This document shows, piece by piece, positions 12,036-25,247 of a stretch of 64,000 nucleotides of DNA. Made by a program: the position numbers and the translations under genes. Position 1 is the first letter of the stretch, and every line of letters starts with the position of its first letter. This stretch comes from Marsupella aquatica (Eukaryota; Plantae; Marchantiophyta), in contig OZ316897.1 in NCBI GenBank assembly GCA_973895155.1, positions 20,029,224 through 20,093,223 of the forward strand, in the 5' to 3' direction. A model generated the notes under the pieces. That model worked only from the letters and a program-made list of their open reading frames with translations, made no database searches and was not told the DNA's origin.

Positions 12036-15000
12036 ATATCGGCTACTTGTGCCTTTAAAGATCATGCCTGGGCTTGTTGTTGCTCATGTTGTCTTTGCTC
12101 AACATTTTGGATCGCATGTGATTACTACAATTTTTGATAGTTGATTCCCCAAGGTTACAAGGTTATGTAGGCCGGTATGTAGGAGTGCAATGCACTGAAA
12201 TGGTTGTTAGTCTGATTGTCTCTACGGACACACTCATTGTAGCTCTTACCCTAACTACTTTCATACCTCTTACCCTGGCTAACTCTTGGCCATCTTCCCC
12301 ACCAAAGAACTTTTTCATTGATCTCTTCACGTCATTTACATAATTTTGCATGATCAACAACATAGGTTGGGCATTTCTGGTCTTGGCCTTCTTAAAACAG
12401 GATATACCTAACCCTAGGTGCTTATCCCTTGTGTCTGCAACTCCTACCTTCTCTTTGCACTCTGCATCCTCACCATCCTTGCAATCTTTGAATCTTCTCC
12501 CTATCTACGACTCATGCGCTCATTGATTTATCTTTGAACTATCACCAACACTTGCGCCTTGAAATCTTGTGTACGTATTGATAACACTTGCCTTGAACAT
12601 CACTTGTATTGGATGAGACATTTTTTGACATCATGATTGTAGTGATAACATTTTTGGATAGACATCGGGATTGCAATAACGACACACTTCTACAACCATA
12701 ACACAACCACAAACAAGAATAACTCTGCCAGGCATAAGAATTGTGCTACAGTGGTTTACTATGATGGCAATCGAGACTGACACCCAGTAATAAATTTCAA
12801 ACTCAGACACTCACTAAGGGTTTGGGTTTTACACCCCAATCAGTTAGATATGTGAAACTTGTGTATATAACTGAATGTAATGTACATAGCCCTAAAGCAG
12901 CTGTCACAATGGTAAGACAACATGCATAGTAAGCTGTAAGTCTAAGACAATCATACATGCAAATCAATTGTCACATGCTACACCATGCCCTCTAGATGAC
13001 AAAACAATTTCCAATTCAAGTGCGGTACGACAAACTAACACCCAGCCAAGCATTTATCACTGTTCAAATTGCTATTGTCAATTACGGAAAAGCAACTAAA
13101 ATGTGTTGTTGGTTAGCTCTGATCCCAAAGTGTTGGGCGTGATGCCACTCCGACGGCCCAAATTGTCGAAATGTCAAGGCAACAACTCTCTTTCACGGCA
13201 CTCATCACTAAGTTGTTGCTTGGCATGGGCCATCCATTCTCAAACTTTCACACATGTTCATGGTGTCCTATATATTCCATACACACATACAGTGGGAGGT
13301 ACTTTCAATCATGACAAGCAAGTAAATTGCTCTATCGCTCAACAATTCATTCATTTTCACAGCAGTATCTACAATCAACTCACCTAGTCTTAACCCCTCC
13401 CCCTTTGTGAATAGCCAAAATTGTAGGATAATTGCCATATTGGTTGTGGTTACTAGTTTCTAATCTTGTGCCCAAGGAGTGAGTAAAAGTTAACTAGCTT
13501 CCATTTTGTGTCAACTCAAAACTAAGTATAATTAGCCAACTCAAAACTAAGTGTAATTAAATTTTCAGGATTGACAATTGCGATCTAGGTTAGGAGTTAT
13601 GCATAGGATAATGTTCTGGTTAGAGGACATTGTGATATATAATGCCCCCACGAACAAGGGTGGCAGCCGAAGTTTTGAGGGGCTTTTGCCTCACCCGAAA
13701 ACTAGGACAATAATATCCATAAAAATTTGAGTGACTTTTTGGGAACAGACATAGAAAAAGTAAACCTATGAAACGTTGGAATAAATTGGCCTAAAGCAAG
13801 AGTTTTGAGATTCTCTACAAGCATATAGGACCCACTTGGAGGGATATAGTATCTTCCATTATGGAGACAATCTTTTGTTTTGTTTTACTTGGTAAGACTA
13901 TTTTTGTTTTACATTCTCCTGGATTTAAGGTATCTAGCATAAGTCCTCCTCAAAAGAAAGGAGATAGTATTTTGCCAACTTGAAACTAAATTTTATTAAT
14001 GTAACTGCGGCCCAAATAATGGTTTCCGGGTGTAGATTTTTTGGACCAGAAACATGTTTGTGATTTATTTGTTTGTATGTTTTAATGAATTAATTTTCCA
14101 TACAACCTTTCCTCTTTGAGGAAGGGAACAAACACCATAAATGTAGGAAACATAAAACCCACATATATACTTACCATATAAAACAAGCTAATAAAATGTA
14201 TCAAAGATCACAAGATTTACTTTTAATTTCTTGCATGTTTTTGGCCAATTACATAACAATCACTTCTTGCATGGCCCTTGAACTTCAAATTTCTATTTCA
14301 AAGGTTCAATTAATCCATGGACCCCCATGCTATTTTAGAGACAGTTATCTAGAAACTAAAGTCTAAATGGACCTCCAAATCTAAAGAATTTTTTTTCTTC
14401 AAAAATGGACAAGTCAATGTTTGACACTTGAAACAGTTATCAAACTTACCTAGGATACCACAATTAACATCAATCACAAAATCAGCTGCAATGTGAACTA
14501 TTGTTTAATGTGTGGGTAGCTTAATTGCCCACTTCAGCAAAACAGTGCTTGACGGTTTACTCCACAATACCGAAAGGATGCTGGATGCACTCAAGTTGCA
14601 TCGAAAGTAATCACTTTTCAATTCCTGGGAAAGATGAAGAGCGGGACGAAGAGAGAGAAGTCATAGTGTCACCAAATCACTAACTTCACATAATTGTTTA
14701 AGACAAAATGGTTCATGAAAACAAATCTCCTTACTACTCGATAAAATCTGTCAATTTTAGGTTCATTCTCATGGAAGGGGTACAACAAAGATTTATATTG
14801 ATGTTAGAGATTATAAAATCACGGGTAAAATTTATTTTTTAAATTACTTAATCAATTCTTATCGAATGGTGACAATGCTGAGCTCATCAGGATCGTCTCT
14901 TCAAGATGTTTCCAACGCCATATTATACATGAGTTTTCATTATGATTTGACTCAACAATGTCAAATCAAAAATTGCTGTCGGGAAAAATTTATATTTTGA

Positions 15001-15079
15001 ATAAAATCAAAATGTAAATAAAACCGTTATTGGGAGTAGTTTTATCTCAATCTTTTTGTCTTTTGATTTGCATGTCAGT

Positions 15080-15910
15080 TATTCTTACATTCTTTTTTAC
15101 AGCATGGCGTCCCAATTTTTACAGCAAAGGTGCCACAAACACGAATGTAGAAGTTCATTTTATCCAAAAACAAGTCTCAACCTGTTTGTAGCGTGCCATG
15201 ATGATGTGGCGCGCTGTGGAGCCAGGAATTTTGGAAAGGACCTCTAATGGGGTCCGTAAATATCCTTGTCTATTATCAAAAAATCACTCAAGTTTTTATG
15301 TATCTTTACTTCCTAGTTACCAACATTATAATAATGATGCCCTTCAAAACTTGGGATATTGCCCTCATTTTGAGGGGCCTCATATCTCACAACGCCCTCT
15401 AACAAGAACAATATCTTATTCATAATCTCTTAACCATGATTTTGAACAAAGACGACATTCCCAATGACAAACCCATGATTATCCAATGCACAAATAGTTG
15501 ACACAAAGAGATGTGTGATTCACCTCAACTGAAGCTACGTCCACACGAACACATGAGAGCTAAACTTGCCGGCCATATCAAGTCTCCCTATTTGACTGGA
15601 ATGAAGCTTGAGATGACAAATGAAATTTCTAGATCATAACTCTATGGCCACCATGGGGATGGAAAAGCTCATGAATATGATGTATGTCAAATGATGATCA
15701 TGTCTGCATTTTATCATAGTTTCTATTTACGGACCCCTATAAGAGGTCCCTTTCAAAATTCCTGGCACCAGAGCATACCACGTTAACAACAACTACAACA
15801 AACAAGACTTGGCAGTTTTGTGAATCAAACTTACAGTTTTGATTTGTGTTTGCGTCAATTTGAGTGTAAATTTTGGGACGCCATGCCATAAAAAGAAATG
15901 TAAAAGATTA
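15080..15910. repeat. Long imperfect inverted repeat (~185-bp arms at 15080-15262 and 15724-15910), MITE-like ends
   Basis: ...gcatggcgtccc...ccaggaattttggaaaggacctctaatggggtccgtaaata versus tatttacggacccctataagaggtccctttcaaaattcctgg...gggacgccatgc. Confidence 0.7.
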
Positions 15911-16302
15911 AAAATGCCAAGAGCAAGACAGGTAAAACTGTCACTATGTAACCGTTTAAGTTATCTATCCAATTTTAAAAATTAAATTCAAAATTTTTTA
16001 AAGTATTTTTCATCTAATAAACAATGGTTAATAACTAACTTAATAACTTCCTTGTTAAAAGGGTAAGTGGCACATGGAGTAAGATTTCCAGACTTTTGCA
16101 AACTGCCAGCTATGGTTGGAACTTGATGTCAACAAACTACTACAATTCATTTGATCAGACAACTTGAGTTAAAGCTAATATTACATACATTATTTTTACT
16201 CAAACAAGGCCTAAAAAATGTGGCCAGGGGTCCACTAACTAATTACATTCATGATTATGTATGTATTTATCATGGTTTCTATTGACAATAAAAATATGGA
16301 CA

Positions 16303-16570
16303 CTATGAACATTCAGGCTGGTCAATTACATGTCTGATCTCAAGGGCCTTAGTCAATGACACAATCACTATAGTTGCCCCATTCAAAGTATTGTCATTAT
16401 GGACATTCAGGCTGGTCAATTAAATGTCTAATATCAAGGGCCTTCGTCAATGACAAAATCACTATAGTAGCCCCATTCAAAGTATTTTCATTATGGACAT
16501 TCAGGCTCGTCAGTGAAATGTCTCATCGCAGGGGCCTTTGTCAATGACGCAATCACTATCGTAGCCCCAC
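16303..16570. repeat. ~94-bp tandem repeat, ~2.8 copies
   Basis: Unit (a)tatggacattcaggctggtcaatt...agggcctt.gtcaatgac.caatcactatagt.gcccca recurs near 16303, 16397 and 16491. Confidence 0.85.
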
Positions 16571-16701
16571 TATCGAGCTGTTATAATAATTATAATTATT
16601 ATTCCGGGGCTCTTCAGTCGCCACGACCGGGCATGCAAGCGCGGGAGGCGGGGCGTGCTTTTGACTGGGCCGGATCCCCCGGCTGGCCCGGTTACCGGTA
16701 G

Positions 16702-16935
16702 GTGCTGCTCCTTTCTGGCCGCGTAGATTTCGGTACCCAGTCGTCGACGGGTAGACCGCAGTCCTCCCTTTTGGTGCTGCACCTTCCTGACCGCGTAGAT
16801 TTCGGTACCCAGTCGTCGACGGGTAGACCACAGTCCTCCCTTGTGGTGCTGTTCCTTCCTGACCGCGTAGATTTCGGTACCCAGTCGTCGACGGGTAGAC
16901 CACAGTCCTCCCTTTTGGTGCTGCTCCTTCCTGAC
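16702..16935. repeat. 72-bp GC-rich tandem repeat, ~3.2 copies
   Basis: ccgcgtagatttcggtacccagtcgtcgacgggtagacc.cagtcctccctt.tggtgctg...cttcctga is repeated near-identically. Confidence 0.9.
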
Positions 16936-17377
16936 GGTGTTGTTTGTTGTTGTGGTCATCGTGTTGTCGACGCAGGTCGAGAAACGAAAGGGTCATCAGC
17001 ACACGTCGCCTCCGTTCCTCCCTCTCGTCTCTCTTGTGCTGTTGCTGCTGCTGCTGCTGCTGTGCGATGGTCGACGCAGGGCGGACGAGCAAAATTCCAT
17101 GTCGCATACCGCCAGAAGGATCACAGCCGTGTTCCTCCATTCATCAGTGCTGACTGCTGAGGAGTGGAATTGCCCAGTCCCGCCAGAGAGATCACGGCTG
17201 GCTGAAGCAGTCCTGTTCCTTCCGTAGTAGTTATTGTGGAGGTGTAGTAGTAGTAGTAGTAGTAGTGTTGTGCAGTCATCCCGCATTTCGGTCGGTTGGC
17301 GACGGGCGAGGCGTTTCGTCATCATTAATATTATTGGTATCATCACCATCGCTCGGTGCTTTCGGAGCTGCAGGCAG

Positions 17378-17440
17378 AGTGGAGTGGAGTGGAGTGGAGT
17401 GGAGTGGAGTGGAGTGCAGAACTAGAGGTGGAGTGGAGTG
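17378..17440. repeat. (GGAGT)n microsatellite; (CTG)n at ~17043-17062 and (GTA)n at ~17243-17265 lie nearby
   Basis: Directly visible simple repeats. Confidence 0.9.
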
Positions 17441-18248
17441 CAGAACCAGAGGTGGAGAGAGGAGGAAAGTTGTCCTGGCTGAGTGCCGTGCTTTGTTTGA
17501 TCTCGTTGGAGGAGCTGTTACGAGAGTTGATATTTCTGAGCCTGGGGAGTAGTGGAGGAGGCGAGGGGCTGTGAGGAGGAGGCGAGGAGGAGGTGAGGAG
17601 AAGCAGTGGTGAGGGTTTGGTGTGGTCGCTCCTCTGGATGCACCTTCCTCTTTGCGTGGGGTTTGCTCGCGAGGAGCACAGATTGCACCGGGCGGGCTGG
17701 CGTTGAATGAACTTGGCTCCGCCAGCTACACGTCACGTACGCTTCCTCCTTGAAACAGTCCGTGGCCGTCCCACTGCCGCTTGTTGCTAGTACAGATAGT
17801 CGCAGAACTCCTTCCTCCCTGCCACCTCCGGAAGGGCAGAGTTCTGCTGGAAATTTTGAGTTTTTTGTTCGTGTTCATCCTTCTCTTCAGTCGTTGGTGT
17901 TATCACACATCCGGTACAGTCATTCCCCGACGAAGAGGAGCTAGCTGGTTGCGAATCTGGCGCCCGCTGGTTGTACATCGGCAGTTGTAGGACGTGGTTG
18001 CGAGGGGGCTTGGTGGGGGAATTTTGTTGTCTGGGAGCGATGATCGTCTAGAGAGGGATTCTTCCAGTTTTGACGTGTTTCGGGATTTCTCCGTGTGTTT
18101 ACAGGTTGGGGCAGTGCACAGACAGAGTAGTATTTGAGGATACCGGCAGTTCTGTCGATTGACGCTTCTCCCCGCCAGAGGGAAATTCGTTTCCTTCGTT
18201 TTTAGCAGCAAACGAACCTTGCGAAGCAGATCTGATTGATACACGATA

Positions 18249-21200
18249 ATGGTTTCATCGTCGTCGGCCGCCCTGGCCGATATTCCCCCGACGTTTCTTC
18301 TCATAGGAGCGGTAGGAGGAGTATTAGTTCTCGCTCTTGCGTTCTTCTTGTGGCGCCGGGGGACAACAGATTCGACCCCTGCGTATAAGTTTCTTCCGAA
18401 GGCAGAAGTACCCTTGGAGGAAGAAGCCGATGACGTCAAGAAGGTCACGATTTTCTTCGGAACACAGACGGGAACGGCCGAAGGATTTGCCAAGGTAGGT
18501 CAATGACTTCCGGGTGTTGGATCCTACAGCTCCACTCGCTTAACCTCCTTTTGATGGCGCTTTGGGTTTCTTAATCATGATTTTTGGTGCTGAGGATGAT
18601 TACAACAAGCACTGGTGAATGCCCTTTTATGAGTCTAAAGACGCTGCAGGGGTAGATGGAGTGATTTTCGTTGAACGAGGATCAAATCTAACACATCTTT
18701 GGGTGAGACACAACTCGTACTACTAGCATGATGCAATGAGGGCTGGAAGCGACCATGTCCTTCTCGATGAAATCTGTCCACTCCCGGAAGCTTATATCCA
18801 TGCAGAGATCCGAAAGGAGAATTGCGGGCGTCTTTGTCTGGCGAGCATTGTTCATGACAATTTTAACTTCCTTTCCTGCTACGTCCAGGAAGTCTGGGTT
18901 CTGTGGTCTCCTCTGTTAGTTTTACACCGAAGATTTACCGTTGCAGTGGTTGATTGCAGTCTTTGGCTGAGGAGGGCAAAGCTCGGTACGACAACAAAGT
19001 CAAGTTCAAGGTCGTCGACTTGGTAGGTGTACGACTTTAGTGGCAGCGATCATTTCAGGAATTGGATGTCTGACGTGATTGTTCTGGATTTTTCCACGGT
19101 TGTGCAATGTCACGATCAGCTCGCATAGATCGGTCCGATTATTCTCGTCGCGGACAGGCGATTGTGGGAGTTGTCACTTCTTTGTGAAGCAGTTGGTATC
19201 AGATTGCCAGAATCAGTGTGGTTGGCGCATAGCGACTAAGTTGCACGTTTATAACGTCGTCTTACAGGATTGTCACATGCTTTTATGCATTGCTTGAATT
19301 TGAATGTGTACTGATTTCCTTGCGCAATTCGTCTTACAGGATGATTACGCCGCGGAAGATGATGTTTACGAGGCCAAATTGAAGAAAGAGAAACTTGCCC
19401 TGTTTATGGTTGCCACGTAAGTGCTTACCGATATCCTGAAATTTTATCGTAGTAAGAATGTCATCTGCCGACGGGGAGTCGTATAAGAGGCGCCCGCTGG
19501 TTCCTACTTATGTGTTCATAGCAGGAGGCGTTTTCCCGGTGTTTAATGGTGCCCATTTGGTAAAGTCTTCTCTGATTAGTATCTTTACAATGCAGATACG
19601 GTGACGGTGAACCAACGGACAATGCTGCACGCTTCTACAAGTGGCTCACTGAAACAATCGAGGTCCATAATTGTTTGTAGCTATTCAACTGTGTATTCAA
19701 AATCTTGAGGGATGTATCTGTTGCGCTTACATATGTTGTCTGTTCGCAACTGTTTTGAATTTGCCACTGAGGCCTCAATTCTGTTGTTAGGCTGAGGGTG
19801 ACGAGGAGAAGGGATCTTGGTTGAGCGGACTTCAGTATGGTGTATTTGGCCTTGGAAACAGGCAGTACGAACACTTTAACAAGGTACTACTGCGAGCGTT
19901 TTCCCAGGTGTTATTTTGTGAAGCAGATCTCCAACCCAGAATCCTTTTTAAATGATCATACTACGAGAGCTTATCGTGTCACAGGCTTAATGGGGTTTTA
20001 AACAGCTTTTCGGCATAGGAATGGATTTGTTGGAAATGAAATATTTTTACTGCCTAACATTTTCACTCCTCTTCCATTTATTCTTCACAGGTGGCATTAC
20101 TGATGGATGAAAAGTTCATAAAATATGGTAAGCACAGTTGCGTTGTCGTTGGGAGTTCTGCATCTGAGATTCTTTAGTTTAGCTGTATTTGATTCAGTTT
20201 TCCAGGGAGACATAAAATATTACAGATTACGGTTTCCCATTGTTTAAAACTTTTGTTCAAATTCTTTTTCACAGGTGCGAAGAAACTGGTGGAGGTTGGA
20301 CTTGGTGATGACGACCAGTGTATTGAAGATGACTTCACTGCATGGTACTTGAATTTGTCAAGCGGTTGTGCATTAATACGTATTTGGTAGGTTGGAAAAG
20401 GTTCCAGTGTCCCTGGTAGCTCACAGATAAGTTTTCTTCAATGTAGGCGGGACCTCCTCTGGCCAGAGTTGGACGTTCTTCTGCGGGATGAGGACGATTT
20501 GGGTGCTGCCGGAGTTTACACAGCAGCTATTCCAGAGTATCGTGTTGTTATTCATGAACCCGGCACTCGAGTATATGAAGAGTCTTATGCAGTGAAGAGA
20601 AACGGCCAGCTAGTAATTGATGCTCTACATCCGGTGAGGTGAGAATGTATAAAATGCACAAATCTGTTAAGGGACCGAATTTGAGGCAATTTGAGGCAAT
20701 CTGTCTTGATTTCTATCAGCAGCCCGGATCTAAATGCGTTGAATATATATCTGTGCAGTTCCAACGTTGCTGTTCGGCGAGAGCTACACACGCCTTTTTC
20801 TGATCGATCTTGTACACATTTGGAGTTTGATATTTCGCAGACAGGAGTATCGTGAGTGCCTTCTGCTCTAATCCCTGAAGAGTGAGATCTAAGTTTATGA
20901 TGTTCACTCCTCAAAAGCAACGAAGCTATCTGTTGAAATGAATGGTTTGAACTTGAGGCTATACTCAGGAAAGAAAAAAAAGTCAATTTTCGAATTTCAG
21001 GGCAAGCGAATTCGACTGATCACCTGTGAGTTAAGTATGGCAGGAATTCTGGTTTTTGATGTACGTCTTGGAATTTTCCAGATATGAGACGGGGGATCAT
21101 GTTGGTGTCTACACACAGAATTACCAAGAGAATGTGGAGGAAACGGCTAAGCTCCTGGGGTATTCTTTGGACACGATTTTCTCTCTTCACACAGATGACA

Positions 21201-23553
21201 AGATGGGTGACCCTCTGAGTGGAGGCAGTGGTTCTCTCCCAATCCCCATTCCAGGGCCTTTGACCTTACAGACAGCATTATCCCGTTATGCTGACTTGCT
21301 CACGCCTCCAAAAAAGGTCTAGGTTTCCCTCAAGCAGCAGTTGAAATATAATGATTTTTTCTGTGGTAGACGTTAATCTCTAGACGTGGAGAAGGAGTAA
21401 TCCCTTCAAATTTAATTTTATTAGCTGTATTGGCCAGTTTATGTGAATAGATTTATTTCGCCCTTTTAACCGAGAGCCCGAAATTCAACTCCCCGAGGTT
21501 CCTTTGGTTCTAAAGTAGTTTGTTGTGGTTGTCTCTTGCAGGCTGTTCTCACGACGCTGGCGGCATTTGCTTCCAACCCAGAGGAAGAAAACCGTCTTAA
21601 GCACCTAGCCTCTGCGGCCGGCAAGGTAGGGATGGGTTAGTTGCAGTCCCAGAAGTTTCTCTCTCTGTCGGGGAAGTCGCAACTGCTTTTTAGTTGACTG
21701 GGTTCTTTCGTTCTAATAAAGGTCTCACTTGTTGTTTAAAACAGGATGACTATGCCCACTATATTTCCAGTGTCCAGAGGACTCTTCTGGAAGTGATGCA
21801 TGACTTCCCCTCCGTGAAGGTGCCACTTGGAGTATTTTTTGCAGCTGTATCAGCACGCTTGGCTCCACGATTCTATTCCATTTCCTCTTCACCGAAGTAT
21901 GTGCTCAATACAAATTTGAATTTTATAGAGGTTTTCTACACTTTCTGTTATGGAATCTTGTGATTTGTTCATTTCTCTCCTGAGCACTCAACTGGCGTGC
22001 GTTGGTTTGTTTCGTGGCAGGTTGCATCCAAGTAGGATTCATGTTACATGTGCACTGGTGGAAGGCCCTAGTGCGAGTGGAAAAGTTTACCGAGGGGTCT
22101 GTTCAACGTGGATGAAGGTACCTAAGGCTGACTCAGGAATCGAGGAATTTTTTGATTCTTCACACGTGCACCTAAAATTTGTGTGGTCCTAAATACAGCA
22201 TTGATATAGGCATCATTGTTACCTCGGAATGTCTACTGAAAAGGAAAAATCTTTCATTGTTTTCAGAACGCTGTTCCAGCTGAGTTAGGATCGTCAGATA
22301 TCTCGTGGGCTCCCATATTTGTGAGGACTTCAAACTTCAGGCTGCCAGCTGATCCCAAAACACCTATTATCATGATTGGACCTGGCACAGGATTGGCTCC
22401 TTTCAGGGGTTTCCTTCAGGTAAGACTGGTTGACTGTCCAGCTAGTTGAGTTTTCGTTTATGCCGTCTGGTCGTAGATTGTCATGACCATTACGCGTAAT
22501 GTATATTCAAGATACTGTTCAATTCTCTTTCGTTTGAAACTGACCTTGCTCTGACCCCCTTCAATTATTTCTTTGCATGAGTCCAGGAAAGGGCTGCTCT
22601 TATAGACGCGGGTGAGACCGTTGGGCCGGCAATGTTTTTCTTTGGCTGCAGAACACGGAAGCAGGTTAGCATTGCAGTAGGATTTCCTGGGAACTCAAGC
22701 TTGACAACCTCGTCGATGTCGAATGTGTCTGGTTGAGGTGTTCACTGCTGCCTGCTATTTGAGATGAACTAAGTTTGTGGAATTTGGTCTGGCTGGTTTC
22801 ATAGGACTTCATTTACCAGGATGAGCTTCAAGATTATGTCATGAAGGGGGCCGTCACCTCATTGATAGTAGCTTTTTCGAGGGAGGGAGCTGCCAAAGAG
22901 TATGTTCAGCATAAGATGGTGCAAGAGGTATGTTGCTCGCTTAAAGAGCATCACTTTCTAGTCAAATACATTCATCCTTTCAGTTACGAACAGCGCTGCA
23001 GTGAAGATATTTTCTCTTGAGACTCTAAAATTCACTCGACCTTGCTCAATGCAGGCATCGAATTTGTGGAACCTGATTGATAGTGGCGCTTATGTATACG
23101 TCTGCGGTGATGCCAAAAGTATGGCGAGAGATGTTCATCGCACTTTACACAACATTGTCCAAGAGCAGGTCTGTAACTGAATTTCGAGACGATCTCTTAT
23201 CTCTTCATAAGATTGTGAATTCCTTGTCGTAGCGGGCCCGAGTCTGCAAAACTGGTTGTGCGTTTCCATGCTCGGCTGTTTTCACACAGAGTTATTGAGT
23301 CCAATTGAAACAATTTGGAAAACATTAAAGATCTAGAGTTGGTTTCTGAGTACCCCTTTCGAATTCTTGAAGCGGTTTCTAAGGGGAATCCGAATAACAA
23401 GCCTATGTGCATGTAACTTATGATGTTGCATTTAATGTACTGATATGCTCAGCGCCTCGTACGTTTGGGCAGGGTCATATGGATAGTACACCAGCAGAAG
23501 CTCTAATCAAGCAACTACAAACAGAGGGCAGATATCAAAGGGACATCTGGTAA
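18249..23553 (+). CDS. CPR: NADPH-cytochrome P450 reductase (ATR/CPR), 18 exons
   Basis: N-terminal TM anchor, [95 protein letters not shown] and terminal RYQRDIW*. Approximate exons: 18249-18494, 18960-19022, 19340-19416, 19596-19662, 19791-19883, 20091-20127, 20275-20344, 20447-20638, 20759-20851, 21082-21316, 21542-21625, 21745-21896, 22021-22117, 22267-22419, 22587-22664, 22805-22927, 23055-23168, 23473-23553. Introns are GT-AG. Confidence 0.97.
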
Positions 23554-25247
23554 TTCTGCCTAGTGCAGTTATCTTCAGTTGACAAGCACACTGATATAGA
23601 GGGCGTGACAGGGAAGGGTTTCATTTTGCAGATTTCCCTGCCAGTCCACGCATTGAAGACTGTACAAATGATCCTTTTTGGTAGAAATGACATTAATTCA
23701 TTCATTTACTGTAATGAAGGGAAATCAGAATCCCGACATTAGGGGTGTACTATTGTTAATCAACTAGCAGTCGTCTTTGCTGTTGAATTGAACAGCAAAG
23801 CAACTTCATAGGAAGAGATTTGTTAACCACGCAAATCCAGACTCGCCATCAATCCAAGCTATACATCTAATTTTGAGGCCTGTCGTTATCCACAGTAGAG
23901 GAAGGCAAGATATGTGAGTATCTATGCCGTAGTTCAGCGGTAGTAGGCTAGTGGGCCTGGAAGGAAAAAATAGTTGATTATCGTATCTAGGTCTTAAGCC
24001 TCGTTTGGCAAGGATAATTACCAGGACCGATAACTTGCGTGTTGGCGTATTAAAGGCTTTCAATCGAATTCACGGACCCGGAGTTCATGGGCCCGGTTCA
24101 ATATTTCCAGTGGATGATTAGAGACAATGCTAAAGAGTTTATACTTTCAGTTCATGATTTGTAGTTTATTGATTTGGAGGCTTTTGTTGTACTTTGTTTC
24201 AATCACTACCCTCTGCTCCTGCAGAGCTGTTGTGCTACGATGGGTTGTTGGTCATCATTCGTGCTCATCTCTTCAGGACAGCAGGAATTGTTATTGTATT
24301 ATGCGCACGAGTCCGAAGTACTGTGGCGTTCAGGGACACTTTCTGAGTGAGCATTAAAATTGGGAAACTGCCCGGCTGCTGTTTCCGTTTTTTCAGAAAA
24401 ATTATGTGATGTGCTTTGACTGCTCTGTATCAATAATGGGAGTCACAAGCATACTACTTTTTCCTCCAATAATGAAGAATGCATGCAATTTGGAATTGGC
24501 TTGTATCAATGACTTGAAGATTTACAGATGGAGGTTCCTGGCCCCGTGTAAAGTCACTCATTCACGTGCTTATATACGAAAGGCGTCTGAGTCTTAGATA
24601 AGTAAACAGTTGGAAATGGAGATTCAAGTGCAGTAATCTATTGAGATTTGTATTAAACAGACGGACAGGATGTCGAATTTGAGGGTGTGTTCTGTCTCGG
24701 AGATTAGGATGGCATCAACTAGCGGCACCTTTTCGACTGATGACCAATGTGAGTTTTTCGTTGACGTCCTGCAAAGTAGTCGTTCAAACTTGAATTTTAG
24801 GATCCAAGAAACCTGAATTCGGATCACTGCCGGATCAGTGGTGTAGACCTTTCCGCAAGTTTGACATTCAAGCTCGATTTCGAAGCCAAAATAGATCCAG
24901 GACAGTGGGGATGCTTTATGTATTTTCATCGAAGGAACTTCAGGGCCTTCTGGTCATTCTTTCTAAGCTAGGGCATTATGAGGACTGCTGGGACTGTCCA
25001 AAAGGTGGAGTTACTGCAGCGGGCATCACTAGGAATGTGGAACACAGTGGCTTTCTGCGCATTGTTGTTAGATCCGTAGAATAGAGTCTTTCAACTCAAC
25101 TGTATGACTTTGACGTCGCTGGTTGAGATCATAACGTACACCTTATCAACTGGGTAGCTCACACATAGACCGCTGCAACAGACCGGTGACAGTGTAAACA
25201 GAATTCTCATCAGCGGGTAGAATTTTCGGTGGTGGCAAAGGAGTGTC

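Noticed and set aside
16702-16935. CRISPR-like appearance of the palindromic 72-bp repeats (also the 81-bp array at 32140-32600)
   Set aside because: Units are contiguous with no unique spacers, there are no cas genes, and the context is eukaryotic.
24624-24929. 101-aa minus-strand ORF with CQTC
   Set aside because: A single CxxC with no partner motif or recognisable family.
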